From contig CAXXFV010000027.1 in NCBI GenBank assembly GCA_963674595.2, positions 362,887 through 426,886 on the forward strand: a stretch of DNA of 64,000 nucleotides. Direction: 5' to 3'. Below are positions 31,470-43,900 of this stretch, piece by piece. Origin of the DNA: a bacterium. Its GTDB lineage: Bacteria; Zhuqueibacterota; Zhuqueibacteria; Residuimicrobiales; Krinioviventaceae. The notes under the pieces are model-generated. The model had not been told where the DNA came from. It worked only from the letters and a program-made list of their open reading frames with translations, and made no database searches. Every line of letters starts with the position of its first letter. Within the stretch, counting starts at the first letter, position 1. Position numbers and translations under genes: made by a program.

Positions 31470-34403
31470 CTAAAAATTAAATCCAACACCCAATTGTACT
31501 CGTCGTGGTTTACCATACCAGGTCGGACGATTAAATACTTCATCAGGCGTAAATATACCTACTTGATTAATTTGCCTTACTGTGTTCTCCCATAGAGACG
31601 GCAGTTCAGCGTACTTGTCGGTTTGCCCGGTTACATTCCAGATATAAAGTTCGTTCAAATGATCAAAAATATTTTCAATATTAAGAAATACTTGGTAATT
31701 AAGTGAACCAAGCTTTAATTGTTTTTTTAACTTTAGATCAACATTCCAACGCAGTGGTTTCTGTTCAGAATTGTTAAACTCATTGTCGGGAAAAGCATAC
31801 TGACCTAATGAAGAAGGAGTGTAAGGTTCACCACTGCCTAACCAGCCTAAAACACTGGCACTCCAGTCACCAGGTTTGTTATACAAAAGCGTGGCATTAA
31901 CCGTATGACGCTGATCCCAATCAAGTGGTATAACCTGACGCTCGACCATTTCCACAGGATCTCCACCAAGACGCGATGATACCTGTATGGCGGCTAATGC
32001 ACCCGTGCTGGATGAGCTTCCTTCAGTATATTGATATGTATAATCCAGCGATCCGGAAATGTTATCTTGACCCAATTTCTTTAAAGCAACAGTAAATCCT
32101 TTAACATTACCGTAATCACGATTCACATTGCGATAGTAACCGATTAAATCAAGTGTTGTAATTTCTCGTGAACCCAATAAATTTCTAAAATCTTTGTAAT
32201 ACATGGTAACATCAACAGCATAATCATCTGTTAATCCCTGCTGTAATCCAATTTCATAAGCAATCGTACGTTCCGGTTCCAGTTCAGCGTTCCCTAAATT
32301 TAAACCGCTAAGGTAATTTCTGGGTATAGTTTTTAAGGGATAAGCATACATCTTGGAAAAACTCGGCATCTGGAAAAAGTGACCATACGCAACATGAAAA
32401 GCGCCACGGTCTGATATTGGAAAAGAAAAACCCAGTCGGGGGCTTAGCTGGTATTGAGTTTTTGCTTCTCTCAAATTGTTCTCTTCGCCTAACAAGTGTG
32501 CTTCTTTACGCTCATTAATCAAAACGTTTTCATTCGAATCAAAATAGTCGAGTCTTAAGCCGGCATTGAGAACCATCTCTCCCATTTCAAGCTTGTCTTG
32601 AATAAAAACAGCCGCTTCAAAAGGCTTGATATCAAAATCCATGAAACGCGTGATCTCATCAGCAGTCGGATAACGGTAACGTTCAGCACCGTCATGGTAC
32701 TCTTCCCAATTTTTCCAATAATCAACCATGTGATCCCAATAGTCAGGCCAGGTAAACTCTGAACCTTTTACTGTCGTGTCCCACGCATATTTATCCCATT
32801 CATCGGTTACATAAGGTCCGTATGAATAAACATTATAAAAATGCTGTTTAACTTCAAAACCAGCTTTGATCAAATTATGACGGTCGATCTGCCAGTTAAA
32901 ATCACCACTGGCAAGAAAAATCTTTTCAAAATTTTTATCGTCACGGCCCGAATATCCGCCACCTGTAGCCCCAAGCGAAAATCCGTTGGCACTGCTGCTA
33001 AACGGTTGTATCCCTTCATCTCCCGGATAACGCGCATAATAGTTATCATCACGATAGTAACCTTTACCATGTTTGTATTGATAACTGAGATTCAGATTGT
33101 AAAAAAAGTTGGTCGATAAAACGTGACGAATATTAAAAAATTGGTTTCGATAGGTAAGCCACGATTCACCAAGATTGTCCGGTGCATACCGAGAAGAAGA
33201 GCTTCCTGTCTTTGCATTAATAGTCGTATAAAATAGAGAATATGTAAACTTTAATGACGAAGTGGGTTCATAAATCAGTTTTCCGTTTAAACTAAATTTC
33301 AAATACTCATTTAACGGGCCCTGATCACCATCACCTGTTCGCAAAGAATCAGGAATATAAATCTCTCCCGTATTCTCTCCCTGTTCTGTAAAATGTTCCG
33401 TGTACCATCTGCGGTATGTCGCAATTTTCCACCCGTCTATTGAATTAAATCGCCGGTCATACCAATGATAGGTTTCGTACTGATGATGATCAAATTCATC
33501 TTCATCAGGCTTTTCTGTTGAAACACGTGCAGACAGCAAAAATCCAAGCTTATTAGAAAAAATTGGTAACGGTCCGGTTACACTTCCCTGAAAATCATAT
33601 TCTGCGATAGGATTAATTTTATCAATACCAATAAATGTGTTGGTTTTATTACTAATATAATCGCCGGAATAAAGTTGAAAACTACCATGGTATTCTTTTT
33701 CAGGACGTTTTGTAATAACATTTATAACACCAGACTGAGCAGCACCGTATTCAGCATTAAAAGTACCGCTAATAACCTGCAGCTCATTAATCATAGAAGT
33801 TGCAATAGATGTATTGGAACCACCATTCTGAGAATAACTGTTGCTAACCGGAACACCATCAACCAGGTAGGCAACTTCACGGGCACGACCTCCACGAAAG
33901 TGCATTTTACCATCGGCACCTGTAACAACACCGGCCTGAAGTTGCACAATTTCATTCATACTGGTTACCGGAAGACTTTCAATTGTTTCAGAATTTACAT
34001 AACTAGCTGTATTGGTACGTCCCATTTCTACAATCGGTCGTTCTGCCATAATCGTTACAGTTTCACCTTTTAATGCCTCCGGTGAAAGCGAAATATTCTG
34101 TGTTGTAGTTCTATCTGAATTGACTTTAATATCCTGAACCTGCACTTCACCATAACCAATCATAGAAACAAACAGTGAGTATGTTCCAGGCGGTATGTTT
34201 AAAATTGTATAATAACCTTCAATGTCTGTTGCAGCACCCGTATTGGTTCCAACAACTGTTACGTTTACAGCAGGTAACCCTTCTCCTGTGTCGCTATCAA
34301 TTACCCGACCAGCAATTTTACCGGTTACAGCCGCAAATGTATTACTTGTAAAAACCAAAATAAGAGCAGCAAGTAATAAATAAACTGTCTTTTTTAATGC
34401 CAT
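31470..34403 (-). CDS. TonB-dependent receptor with N-terminal carboxypeptidase-regulatory-like domain
   Basis: TGKIAGRVID, HFRGGR..EVAYLVDG, SGTFNAEYG.AQSGVIN and SPRLG motifs; ends GFNF. Start placed at ATG 34403 (MALKK) after an AGGAG RBS. Confidence 0.92.
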   Translation of the reverse strand: MALKKTVYLLLAALILVFTSNTFAAVTGKIAGRVIDSDTGEGLPAVNVTVVGTNTGAATDIEGYYTILNIPPGTYSLFVSMIGYGEVQVQDIKVNSDRTTTQNISLSPEALKGETVTIMAERPIVEMGRTNTASYVNSETIESLPVTSMNEIVQLQAGVVTGADGKMHFRGGRAREVAYLVDGVPVSNSYSQNGGSNTSIATSMINELQVISGTFNAEYGAAQSGVINVITKRPEKEYHGSFQLYSGDYISNKTNTFIGIDKINPIAEYDFQGSVTGPLPIFSNKLGFLLSARVSTEKPDEDEFDHHQYETYHWYDRRFNSIDGWKIATYRRWYTEHFTEQGENTGEIYIPDSLRTGDGDQGPLNEYLKFSLNGKLIYEPTSSLKFTYSLFYTTINAKTGSSSSRYAPDNLGESWLTYRNQFFNIRHVLSTNFFYNLNLSYQYKHGKGYYRDDNYYARYPGDEGIQPFSSSANGFSLGATGGGYSGRDDKNFEKIFLASGDFNWQIDRHNLIKAGFEVKQHFYNVYSYGPYVTDEWDKYAWDTTVKGSEFTWPDYWDHMVDYWKNWEEYHDGAERYRYPTADEITRFMDFDIKPFEAAVFIQDKLEMGEMVLNAGLRLDYFDSNENVLINERKEAHLLGEENNLREAKTQYQLSPRLGFSFPISDRGAFHVAYGHFFQMPSFSKMYAYPLKTIPRNYLSGLNLGNAELEPERTIAYEIGLQQGLTDDYAVDVTMYYKDFRNLLGSREITTLDLIGYYRNVNRDYGNVKGFTVALKKLGQDNISGSLDYTYQYTEGSSSSTGALAAIQVSSRLGGDPVEMVERQVIPLDWDQRHTVNATLLYNKPGDWSASVLGWLGSGEPYTPSSLGQYAFPDNEFNNSEQKPLRWNVDLKLKKQLKLGSLNYQVFLNIENIFDHLNELYIWNVTGQTDKYAELPSLWENTVRQINQVGIFTPDEVFNRPTWYGKPRRVQLGVGFNF

Positions 34404-34621
34404 CTTGCATCTCCTGACTATATGTATAGACAACTAATTATTTAAGTTATATATTATAAATTATTTACTTAACCGTGTTAGTTTATACATTAATAGATTA
34501 ACTAAATACATCTTGAATTACTTAAATTAAATAAAAGCAAATGATATCTTTATTATTGACAAATAGTTAGAATCAACAATAGACATATCACTTTTAAAAT
34601 TGACTTGAGGATTATTAAAAT

Positions 34622-34665
34622 ATAAAATTCAGAGCCTTTTTATTAAAAAAAGGCTCTGAAAAAAA
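34622..34665 (-). terminator. Intrinsic terminator after the duplicated-propeller gene
   Basis: TTCAGAGCCTTTTT (34628-34641) / AAAAAGGCTCTGAA (34647-34660) hairpin 10 nt after the stop codon, followed by UUUUA. Confidence 0.75.
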
Positions 34666-34669
34666 CATA

Positions 34670-37600
34670 CTATTTCGTTAATACCATCTTTTTAACAACT
34701 TGTGTTTGGTTTGTTGAAACAGCGTAGAAATAAACACCGGAAGCAACACGGTATCCATTACTATCTGTACTATTCCAAACAACCTGATGTGAACCGGCAA
34801 CTTTAACGCCGCTGAATAATGTATTAACCAATCGTCCATTAATATCATAGATTTTGATTTCTACATTTTCTTTATTCTTCAATGTGTAAGCAATTGTTGT
34901 TGTCGGGTTAAATGGGTTCGGATAATTTTGAGCCAACTCGATAGCAACTGGCAATTGAGTTTTATTGGGCTCAAAAGACTCTACACTTTCCGCATAATAT
35001 TCCCAGACATACTCGGCAGGACGATCGACACCATCACGACGGTTGTTATGCCACAAATCTGGTCTACCATCCTTGTCTCCATCACCATATGCACCCATGG
35101 AACCATGAATGTCTAGTGTAGTGTCCAAATTAGCCGTCTTGGCACATTCAATAATTTTGTAATAATTCCAATGAGTTGGATTGGTGTAATCCGTACCAAC
35201 AAACTCGGCATCCATGATAACACCACCTAATTGCACCTGGTTTCCTAAATTAAAATATATATCAGGATAACCATCACCATCTGCATCGCCTGGCTGACAA
35301 ATATCAAGGCTCATGCTTACTACATCACTGCCTATCATGTCTGCTACCTTTTTAACTCGATGCCAACTGGCAGACGTCATCAAATTCGCAGGATCCTGTG
35401 CATTCAAGTCTGTTACCCACAACCATTTGGCACCGCCACCTGTAGCATTGCTTTCTGAACACAGGGTGATCAACTCTTTATCACCATCTTTATCCAAATC
35501 ACAGAAATTGTACTCATTTCCATATCTCACTGTATCAGTCGGTATGATCCAGGGATCATCATTACCCCAATGATAAACCTCCCATTGATCTTCACCAAGA
35601 CAATCCAGGTATACCAAATCCTGCGTGCCAACATCACGGTTCGGCAGGTACAGCTCGTCGTAGCCATCATTGTCCAAATCACATCCAATGATCTCGGCTA
35701 CACTGTACTCTATACCATAGGTGGCACGGTCAACCAGAACCTCAACATTAAACTGAACTTCGCCTGGTACCAAATTACCGGATACTTCAATAACGGCAAA
35801 ATAATACAACGGATCACCCTTGTAATTGATGCCAAATTCACCGTTACCATCTTTGTCCCAGTCGCCGGAACCATTGTAATACTCGGTATGTACCTCTCCA
35901 TCTTCTCGACCTGTCGGACATTCATCCCAGTCTACTGTCCAGTCTTCAGGTAAAAATTCATCAGAACCATCTTCATGAACAAATACCCGAATCGGTGGTA
36001 TATGATTGTCCTCTCCAGGGGCAGGAGTCGAACGGATTAACAGTAACTCATCTGTTCCATTACCGTCTAAATCTGTTGCGGTTACGCCTCGTTCACCTGT
36101 GTAAAGACTGGTCGTGCCGTCTGCAGCATAATAATCTGTAAACCAACGGAATTCGTAATTGTCATTACCTGCATTTTCAAAAACATAGGTGCGTTCGTAA
36201 TTGTTGTCATCATGAAAGAACTCTAAATTACCATCTCCATCCATGTCAAACCAGGCTCCACCACAATGTCCACGATAGGGCACTGGGATACCTGATCCTT
36301 CTACGATCTCATTCGTTCCAGCTTTGTCCGCTATTGGTCCCATCCAGGATAATTTCCAACCCATGTTAGTTGCATCATCCTGAGGTTCAGGAGCACCGCG
36401 ATATTCCCAGACATACTCAGCAGGACGATCGACACCATCACGACGGTTGTTATGCCAGAGGTCTGCCATGCCGTCTTTGTCTCCATCACCATATGCACCC
36501 ATGGAACCATGAATGTCTAGTGTAGTGTCCAAATTAGCCGTCTTGGCACATTCAATAATTTTGTAATAATTCCAATGAGTTGGATCGGTGTAATCCGTAC
36601 CAACAAACTCGGCATCCATGATAACACCACCTAATTGTACCTGGTTTCCTAAATTAAAATATATATCAGGATAACCATCACCATCTGCATCGCCTGGCTG
36701 ACAAATATCAAGGCTCATGCTTACTACATCACTGCCTATCATGTCTGCTACCTTTTTAACTCGATGCCAACTGGCAGACGTCATCAAATTCGCAGGATCC
36801 TGTGCATTCAAGTCTGTTACCCACAACCATTTGGCACCGCCACCTGTAGCATTGCTTTCTGAACACAGGGTGATCAACTCTTTATCACCATCTTTATCCA
36901 AATCACAGAAATTGTACTCATTTCCATATCTCACTGTATCAGTCGGTATGATCCAGGGATCATCATTACCCCAATGATAAACCTCCCATTGATCTTCACC
37001 AAGACAATCCAGGTATACCAAATCCTGCGTGCCAACATCACGGTTCGGCAGGTACAGCTCGTCGTAGCCATCATCGTCCAAATCACATCCGATGATCTCG
37101 GCTACACTGTACTCTATACCATAGGTGGCACGGTCAACCAGAACCTCAACATTAAACTGAACTTCGCCTGGTACCAAATTACCGGATACTTCAATAACGG
37201 CAAAATAATACAAACGGATCACCCTTGTAATTGATGCCAAATTCACCGTTACCATCTTTGTCCCAGTCGCCGGAACCATTGTAATACTCGGTATGTACCT
37301 CTCCATCTTCTCGACCTGTCGGACATTCATCCCAGTCTACTGTCCAGTCTTCAGGTAAAAATTCATCAGAACCATCTTCATGAACAAATACCCGAATCGG
37401 TGGTATATGATTGTCCTCTCCAGGGGCAGGAGTCGAACGGATTAACAGTAACTCATCTGTTCCATTATCGTCTAAATCTGTTGCGGTTACGCCTCGTTCA
37501 CCTGTGTAAAGACTGGTCGTGCCGTCTGCAGCATAATAATCTGTAAACCAACGGAATTCGTAATTGTCATTACCTGCATTTTCAAAAACATAGGTGCGTT

Positions 37601-37862
37601 CGTAATTGTTGTCATCATGAAAGAACTCTAAATTACCATCTCCATCCATGTCAAACCAGGCTCCACCACAATGTCCACGATAGGGCACTGGGATACCTGA
37701 TCCTTCTACGATCTCATTCGTTCCAGCTTTGTCCGCTATTGGTCCCATCCAGGATAATTCCCAACCCATGTTGTTATTATCTGTTTGGGCAAAAACCATA
37801 TTGGAAAAAGCAAGAACAAATACAAATAGTGTACATATAACGACTATTCGATTTAGTTTCAT
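34670..37862 (-). CDS. Secreted FG-GAP/VCBS-type repeat protein with internal duplication and T9SS-like/FlgD tail; split by a 1-bp frameshift (~37212-37214), probably a sequencing error
   Basis: ORFs 37191..37862 and 34670..37330 join into 1063 aa if the extra A (CAAAC, versus CAAC in the duplicate copy at ~35807) is removed. Many DxDxDG motifs; signal peptide; LAQNYPNPFNP tail. Confidence 0.85.
34997..36367. repeat. Intragenic direct repeat, copy 1 (~1371 bp)
   Basis: Matches 36401..37772 at offset 1404/1405 with about 16 substitutions and 1 indel by eye. Confidence 0.95.
36401..37772. repeat. Intragenic direct repeat, copy 2 (~1372 bp)
   Basis: See copy 1. Confidence 0.95.
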
Positions 37863-38021
37863 ATTGTATCACCTTTCTCTTAGTTAATGTTTAATAGTAT
37901 TCCATAACTAAAATTCTACTGAAAAAAAAACTCGACGGCTCTACCTCCTTTCTTTTGCTTTATATAATTACTTTATAATTTTAGCATCACCTCCTTAAAA
38001 ATTAAGTCCACAGTTACAAAA

Positions 38022-39674
38022 TTAAAGATAAATTTTTATTTTATATTCTTCTTTTGCTTTCTGGTACCATTTATCTATCAACATTTCACTATTTTTTGAC
38101 AAATAATCATTACGGACCTGTTCCTTAACTTCATCAAGACCTTGTAGACGTTCCGGGTCGATAGAAATTAATTTTATAATCGAATATCCGCCTCTATATT
38201 TAAAAGGATCACTTGTCTCACCAATTTTCATTTTATCAGCCGTTTTACCAAGGTTTCCGTTCTGATTGGAACTAAAGGGTCCAATACTTCCATCCTTGTT
38301 TCTGCCTTTATATTGGCAATATTCTTTGACTAAATTTGTAAAATTATGACCCTTAACAGCCAAACGATACACCTTATCAATATCCTCTTTTGTTTTACGG
38401 AAAATTTCTTGCACAACCATCATTTTTGGTTTTATATATTGACGTTGGTTTTGAGTGTAGGACTGTAGGTATTGCTCATCAGAAAGATTAACTTTATCAA
38501 ATATTTCACGTTGAATAATAACATCTTTTAAACGGCGATTTAACCAATTTTCCAGTTCTTTTTTTACCTGTGGTTCTTTTTGTAATCCCTCTTTTATAGC
38601 TTTGTCACGCATAATTCTATTATGGTTCATTTCTTCAAGAATCATATTTACAAATTTGGGGTTTGATAAAGACTTCCAATAATAAGGGAACGCTTCATTA
38701 AAAAAGAATCCTACAGAAATTTCTTCAATTTTTGATTTTGTTAACGGTAATTGTTTTTCTTCAATTGTAAATAATCCTGCAGAATCTTGTTTTGCTGTCA
38801 ACTTTTCACAACGTTTACAAAAGAATTCGATATTTTTAGAAATAAATTCCAGGTTATATTCTTTTTGAAGATTTTTAACAAGTTCTTGAAAAAGATCATG
38901 TCTTTGTTTTTTTGATATTCTCTCAATATTTTCTTTTAAATTTTCTTTTTCATCCTGAAAAGAACCTATGGGTTGAGGTATTCTTTTTTCCAATTTCACA
39001 ATAAAAAAGGCGTTATTTGCAAAAAAGATGTTACTGATTTGCCCTTCTGATAAATTATAAGCTTTTTCATATACGTAATCTTTTGTGTTAAAGCAGTCAC
39101 TTAAGCCCATGTATCCGCTATCTTGATTAGCATATTTATGTTCAGAATATTGAGCAGCCAGCTTTTTAAAATCTTCTCCGTTATCAAGCTTTGCCAGAAT
39201 ATTTTTAGCTTTATCCTCTTTTTCTTTTTTATTATCACCGTTAGAATCAACATAAAATTTCATTCGTAAAAGTATCAACTTGTCTTTAGACCACTCGTAA
39301 TACTTTTTATACAACGCGTCAGTAAAAATTTTATTGTCTATTTCACGTTTTTTAAATTCTTCTGATGCAAGCTGTTTTTCAATTTGTTCGGTCGATTTTT
39401 TTATCTCGTCTTCCTTGTCTAAACCGAGTCTCTTTGCTTCAATTAATAAAAGCTGATTTTTTAAAATTTCATTAAAAAGTTTTCTCTTTGAATCGATATC
39501 CACTTTTTCATAATCATAGCCAGGGTACAATTTATTATAGTATTTAATAAAATCATTTTCAGTAATTAAAAGTTTGTATTTACCTTCTGCTAAGACTTTT
39601 TGATCAGGTTTTTTTTGACAATGAAAGGAAATAATAATGGTAAAAAGCAGTATAAAGGGAAATAGTCTTTTCAT
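38022..39674 (-). CDS. Parvulin (PpiC-type) peptidyl-prolyl isomerase, probable lipoprotein
   Basis: 550 aa; GEDFKKLAAQYSE..SGYMG and second domain GETSDPFKYRGGYSIIKL; SFHC after a hydrophobic stretch. Confidence 0.85.
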   Translation of the reverse strand: MKRLFPFILLFTIIISFHCQKKPDQKVLAEGKYKLLITENDFIKYYNKLYPGYDYEKVDIDSKRKLFNEILKNQLLLIEAKRLGLDKEDEIKKSTEQIEKQLASEEFKKREIDNKIFTDALYKKYYEWSKDKLILLRMKFYVDSNGDNKKEKEDKAKNILAKLDNGEDFKKLAAQYSEHKYANQDSGYMGLSDCFNTKDYVYEKAYNLSEGQISNIFFANNAFFIVKLEKRIPQPIGSFQDEKENLKENIERISKKQRHDLFQELVKNLQKEYNLEFISKNIEFFCKRCEKLTAKQDSAGLFTIEEKQLPLTKSKIEEISVGFFFNEAFPYYWKSLSNPKFVNMILEEMNHNRIMRDKAIKEGLQKEPQVKKELENWLNRRLKDVIIQREIFDKVNLSDEQYLQSYTQNQRQYIKPKMMVVQEIFRKTKEDIDKVYRLAVKGHNFTNLVKEYCQYKGRNKDGSIGPFSSNQNGNLGKTADKMKIGETSDPFKYRGGYSIIKLISIDPERLQGLDEVKEQVRNDYLSKNSEMLIDKWYQKAKEEYKIKIYL

Positions 39675-39917
39675 AATAGTACACTCATTTTTGATAGATT
39701 AAAAAATTTTCACTTTTAAAAATATATTTCGTCAAGATAATGACTAGAAATTTTTAAGACATTCTTTAAATTTATAAAACGATAAATTAAAACTTTACTG
39801 CAAATTAAGAAAATATATCTTAAACCTGATAAAATATACACATTATTATATATCATTACTCATTACTTTCCGAAATATATGTGTTTCGTTAAAATAAAAA
39901 AATATTACACAACTAGT

Positions 39918-40973
39918 TCAAAATCCAACACATAGTGAAAATTTTTGTGTATTATCAAATAATCCAAAATCTTCATAACTATAATCAAGATAGATATTGA
40001 TTAGTGATCTTGGTACTCTCAATTTTAAGCCGCCACCTAAAGTTAAACCTTTTTCCGTATCATCTTCAAAAAGGCTTGAATACCCGCCTCTTAGAAAGAT
40101 TTTATCAAAATATGCCCATTCACAACCAACGTTTAGACTTCTTACGTTGTCTGACGGCTCAAAGAATTCTATTGCAAAAAGTAAAGGCATTTGACTGTCA
40201 CGATTGAGAACAGCAGACATACCGGCACGAAAAGTAATCGGAATGTTGTATGAACCTGTTTGTAAATCAGCGTCAATTTTTTCATTGTTACCGGCTTCGT
40301 TTTCAACAATATCGTGATAGACAAAAGTATCACGACCGAAATATCGCATTTTCCCACCCATATTGGACATTGCGGCACCGATTTTGAAAAAGTCAAACAA
40401 ATCCGTAAATGTCACGCCTAAATCGACGGCCATTGTGCTGGCTGTCATGTGCCATAGTTGACTTCGGATGTATTTTACAGTACCACCGATGGATAATCGA
40501 TCGTTCAAAGTTCTGGCATAAGTTGCCCCTAAAACCATATCATTTGAAGATGCCCACTCTCCATAACCTTCCGGATAATCAGGTGTTGTTACTTCAATGT
40601 CATCCATTGTTAAAGTATTCAATGAAAATCCTATAGTTCCCAGGTTACCAAGAGGTAAGGCAATACCAATAAAATCATGACCCAGGTCGGCAATCCAATC
40701 TGAATGAATAAGTGCAATTTGGCTTTGTTTCATTGTAGCGATTCCAGCAGGATTCCAAAAAAGAGCGGTAACATCATCAGCAATTGAGGTATATGCTCCC
40801 CCCATTGCATTAGCACGAGCACCAACTCCTATAGAGAGAAAAGCAGCCGCTGTGGTTCCAACTTTGGAGACATCACTGTTAAATCCGGATATTTGGAATT
40901 GAGCATAGCTTTTAAACGAGTTCCCAAGTATCAAATATACCGCAAGTGTAAATAAAACTATTAACTTTTTCAT
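39918..40973 (-). CDS. PorV/PorQ-like (UPF0164) outer-membrane beta-barrel
   Basis: SKVGTTAAAFLSIGVGARANAMGGAY...ALFWNPAG; terminal Phe; paralog of 26765..27808. Confidence 0.88.
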   Translation of the reverse strand: MKKLIVLFTLAVYLILGNSFKSYAQFQISGFNSDVSKVGTTAAAFLSIGVGARANAMGGAYTSIADDVTALFWNPAGIATMKQSQIALIHSDWIADLGHDFIGIALPLGNLGTIGFSLNTLTMDDIEVTTPDYPEGYGEWASSNDMVLGATYARTLNDRLSIGGTVKYIRSQLWHMTASTMAVDLGVTFTDLFDFFKIGAAMSNMGGKMRYFGRDTFVYHDIVENEAGNNEKIDADLQTGSYNIPITFRAGMSAVLNRDSQMPLLFAIEFFEPSDNVRSLNVGCEWAYFDKIFLRGGYSSLFEDDTEKGLTLGGGLKLRVPRSLINIYLDYSYEDFGLFDNTQKFSLCVGF

Positions 40974-40996
40974 ATTTCGCCTCTAAAATTTTACTC

Positions 40997-43900
40997 TTAT
41001 TTAATTACCATAAATCGACCAACTTTTTGCCCAATACCAGGAGCTTCAACATGATAAATGTAATTTCCAGGTGCTATATGCATATTGTCTTTCGACATGA
41101 CATCCCACACGGCTGTTCCTTCGATTATTGTTGAATGGTGCTCAATTGTGTCTACAAGATAGCCTTGTACCGTAAAAATACGTATTGTGCAATCTTTTGG
41201 CAAATGAGTAAAATGTATTTCCATTGGTCCACGACCAGCTAAATACGGACTAAAAGGTTCCCATCGTTCGGTAACTACATAGGGATTTGGGACAACCCGA
41301 ATATCAGCCATTTCATCTTTGGCATCTTTAGTATTAATATCTGTAGGTTTTACATTAAATTCATAAGTCTCACCGGGTTGAGGTGGAACATTGACACGTA
41401 TTTGATAAACATCACCCGGTTGCGGCCTTATCCGTCCTGTTGAATCACCAGAAATATCTTTTCCTTTTAAAAAATCAGAAAAATATATGTCACCTGCTGT
41501 ACGATTATTTCGATATTCAGGACGAACGCCTCGCTTGGGTCCTAAAACAATTTGAACTACATCTTCTACTCCCCAGGTATCACTATAATCCCAGTCGATT
41601 ACAGCACAGTGAACCGTATCTTGTATGGTTGGAGAATAAATATAAAAAGGAACTTTAATTGGCACAATGTTTCTATTTAGTTTTATAGTAGTGTATACCG
41701 GTTCTTCAGTGAATATAATATCCAAGTCCCAATTAGGAGCGTCACTGACTGAATAAATAACGTCCATATTACATTTACTGTCTTTAGTAAATTCACTGGT
41801 TAATAAATTTTTATCAGTCGAATAATCCATTTTGACAATTAGTCCGTCAAAATATGGAGATTCTTCATTATTTGAAGCGAATTCGGTAAAAGGACAAATT
41901 GTGTCTGCTTCAGCCCCATTATTCAAACCCAAAATTTGATAATATGGACTACTTGTCCAGCCGGAATCCGGGTAATCAAATTGTAATAAATATGTTTTTT
42001 CTTTGAGATCAAAAGGATTGAATATCTCATAATTAATAGCTGTTTTTGAAGTTGGGCCATACTGTAATTCAGTGCTTTTTATACCAGGAGGAGTATAACC
42101 GGCAGAAGCCACTGTAGGTGTTACAACAGCACAGTTCCTTGCTATGGATTCGACATTATTTAAAACGTCAATATCAATATTTACAAGACACTCGGAGGGC
42201 AGAATAGCCTGATTTTGAATTTCTTCAATTGACGTCAGGCCTTCTGGTACATAACCATAATCAAAGGATGCTAAAGCATAATAATATGTTTGACCGTTTA
42301 TAACATCCTCATCGACGTAACTGTGTTTCAGGCCGGTATCTTCCCCAAGATAAAACTGAACACCGTTATATGTACCGGGGAAAAAACCGGATATGCTATC
42401 TTTTTTATCACATCTAAATATCGGTTTTTTGTATGATATGGTACCAAACCCATCGGTTATCAACCGGGCGTCTGCAAAAGTAGGTTCTGTTGATTTATAG
42501 AGTGAATATCCTTCAAAATCATTTACTTTAAAAAATCTATCAAATGTTGATTCTGCCTCTCTATCCCAATATAAATAAACTTTGCCGTCGCCAGGATAAG
42601 CTGTTAATGTTGGAATTTTTGGAGGTTCTGCAAATCGATAGTTGGCATTATATATTTTTTGAACTGTTTTCTTTTTACGTGCGGCATCTTCAACCTGAGC
42701 GGTTGAAGATGGACCGGTAGCACAATAAAATGAAAAAGAGAATCTTTGAATTTGGTCAACTTCATGGACTATAGGGCCAGAGTGCCACCATGCGCCTAAA
42801 TTACTGGCAAAGTAAAATTCTCCGGCATAGGTGCTGACTGTTTCCTGACACCATTGCCAAACCAGGTCATCCTGATCCTGATTTCTTCGAATACTGTAAT
42901 TACCAGCCCAAAATCCGACCAGACCTAATTGATCTCCTTCATCAAGGTCGGTTTTATCAAAATCCGGTTCACCGGAGGTAGGAATCCCGTCGCCCTCTCC
43001 TTCATCGGGTTCAGTATAAGCTTCATCAAATGGTCCAATACCATCAGCACCAACATCATCATTTAAGAGTTCACCGGGGTCCCATTGTCCGTTGCCATTA
43101 TCATCGAAAAAAGATTCCCAGTCACCATCTTCATCTCCGGACCAGTGATCGCGCTCATAATAACTTCCATTTGTTTCCTGGAGATCATCATCAAATTCAC
43201 CTCTATCATTATAATAACCTGTTGATCCATAGGTCCAAACACCGGGTCCACTATTTCTACTTTCATCAAAAATTCCGTCTCGGTCATTGTCTAATCCGTC
43301 TTTCCCAATAGTAGGACTTTCCAGATAGGCATAACAAACAGCAGGAACCGGACTATAGGCACCTGGTTGTCCTATGTTATTCTCATCATAACAGTAGGCT
43401 AAATCTAAATAACTGTGCCATCCGGCATAATCTTCGTCTTCACCGCCGATATAAAAATCTGCAAACAAAGCGACGTACATGGAATCGTATTGTGTGGTGC
43501 CTTCATTCAAAATATCATACAGCCAGAAACAGTGAGATTCCACAAGGACGTTACTCCATTGTAAACCCCTTATATACATTTGTGTTCCCAGACCTCTGCG
43601 GCTGGGATCATTAGCATCCGGGAAAAATTGAAACTCTTCATCAGGATCATCGTCTATTACGTAATAAGCTTCCAGGTCGGCATTTTTAATTCCTTTTCCA
43701 AAGTAACCATTCCATACTCCGGGCCATCCTGGATCAAATGAATCATCCATTTTGTCGGGCCAAATATCCGGCCATGAAAATTCATCATCACTCATGGCAG
43801 CGAGATTCTGTATAGGATTGGCAAAACCGCCGATAGGTTCATACTGCCACAGTGTCAGTCCATCCTCAGACCTGTCATCTTGAGAACCATAGGCTGTTTC

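Noticed and set aside
34997-37772. Diversity-generating retroelement TR/VR pair
   Set aside because: No reverse transcriptase in the window, the repeat is 1.37 kb with both copies in one reading frame, and the differences are not confined to adenines.
34670-37862. True pseudogene or phase-variable gene
   Set aside because: The indel is AA to AAA (too short for phase variation), the intact twin copy shows the correct sequence, and similar indels hit housekeeping genes in this window.
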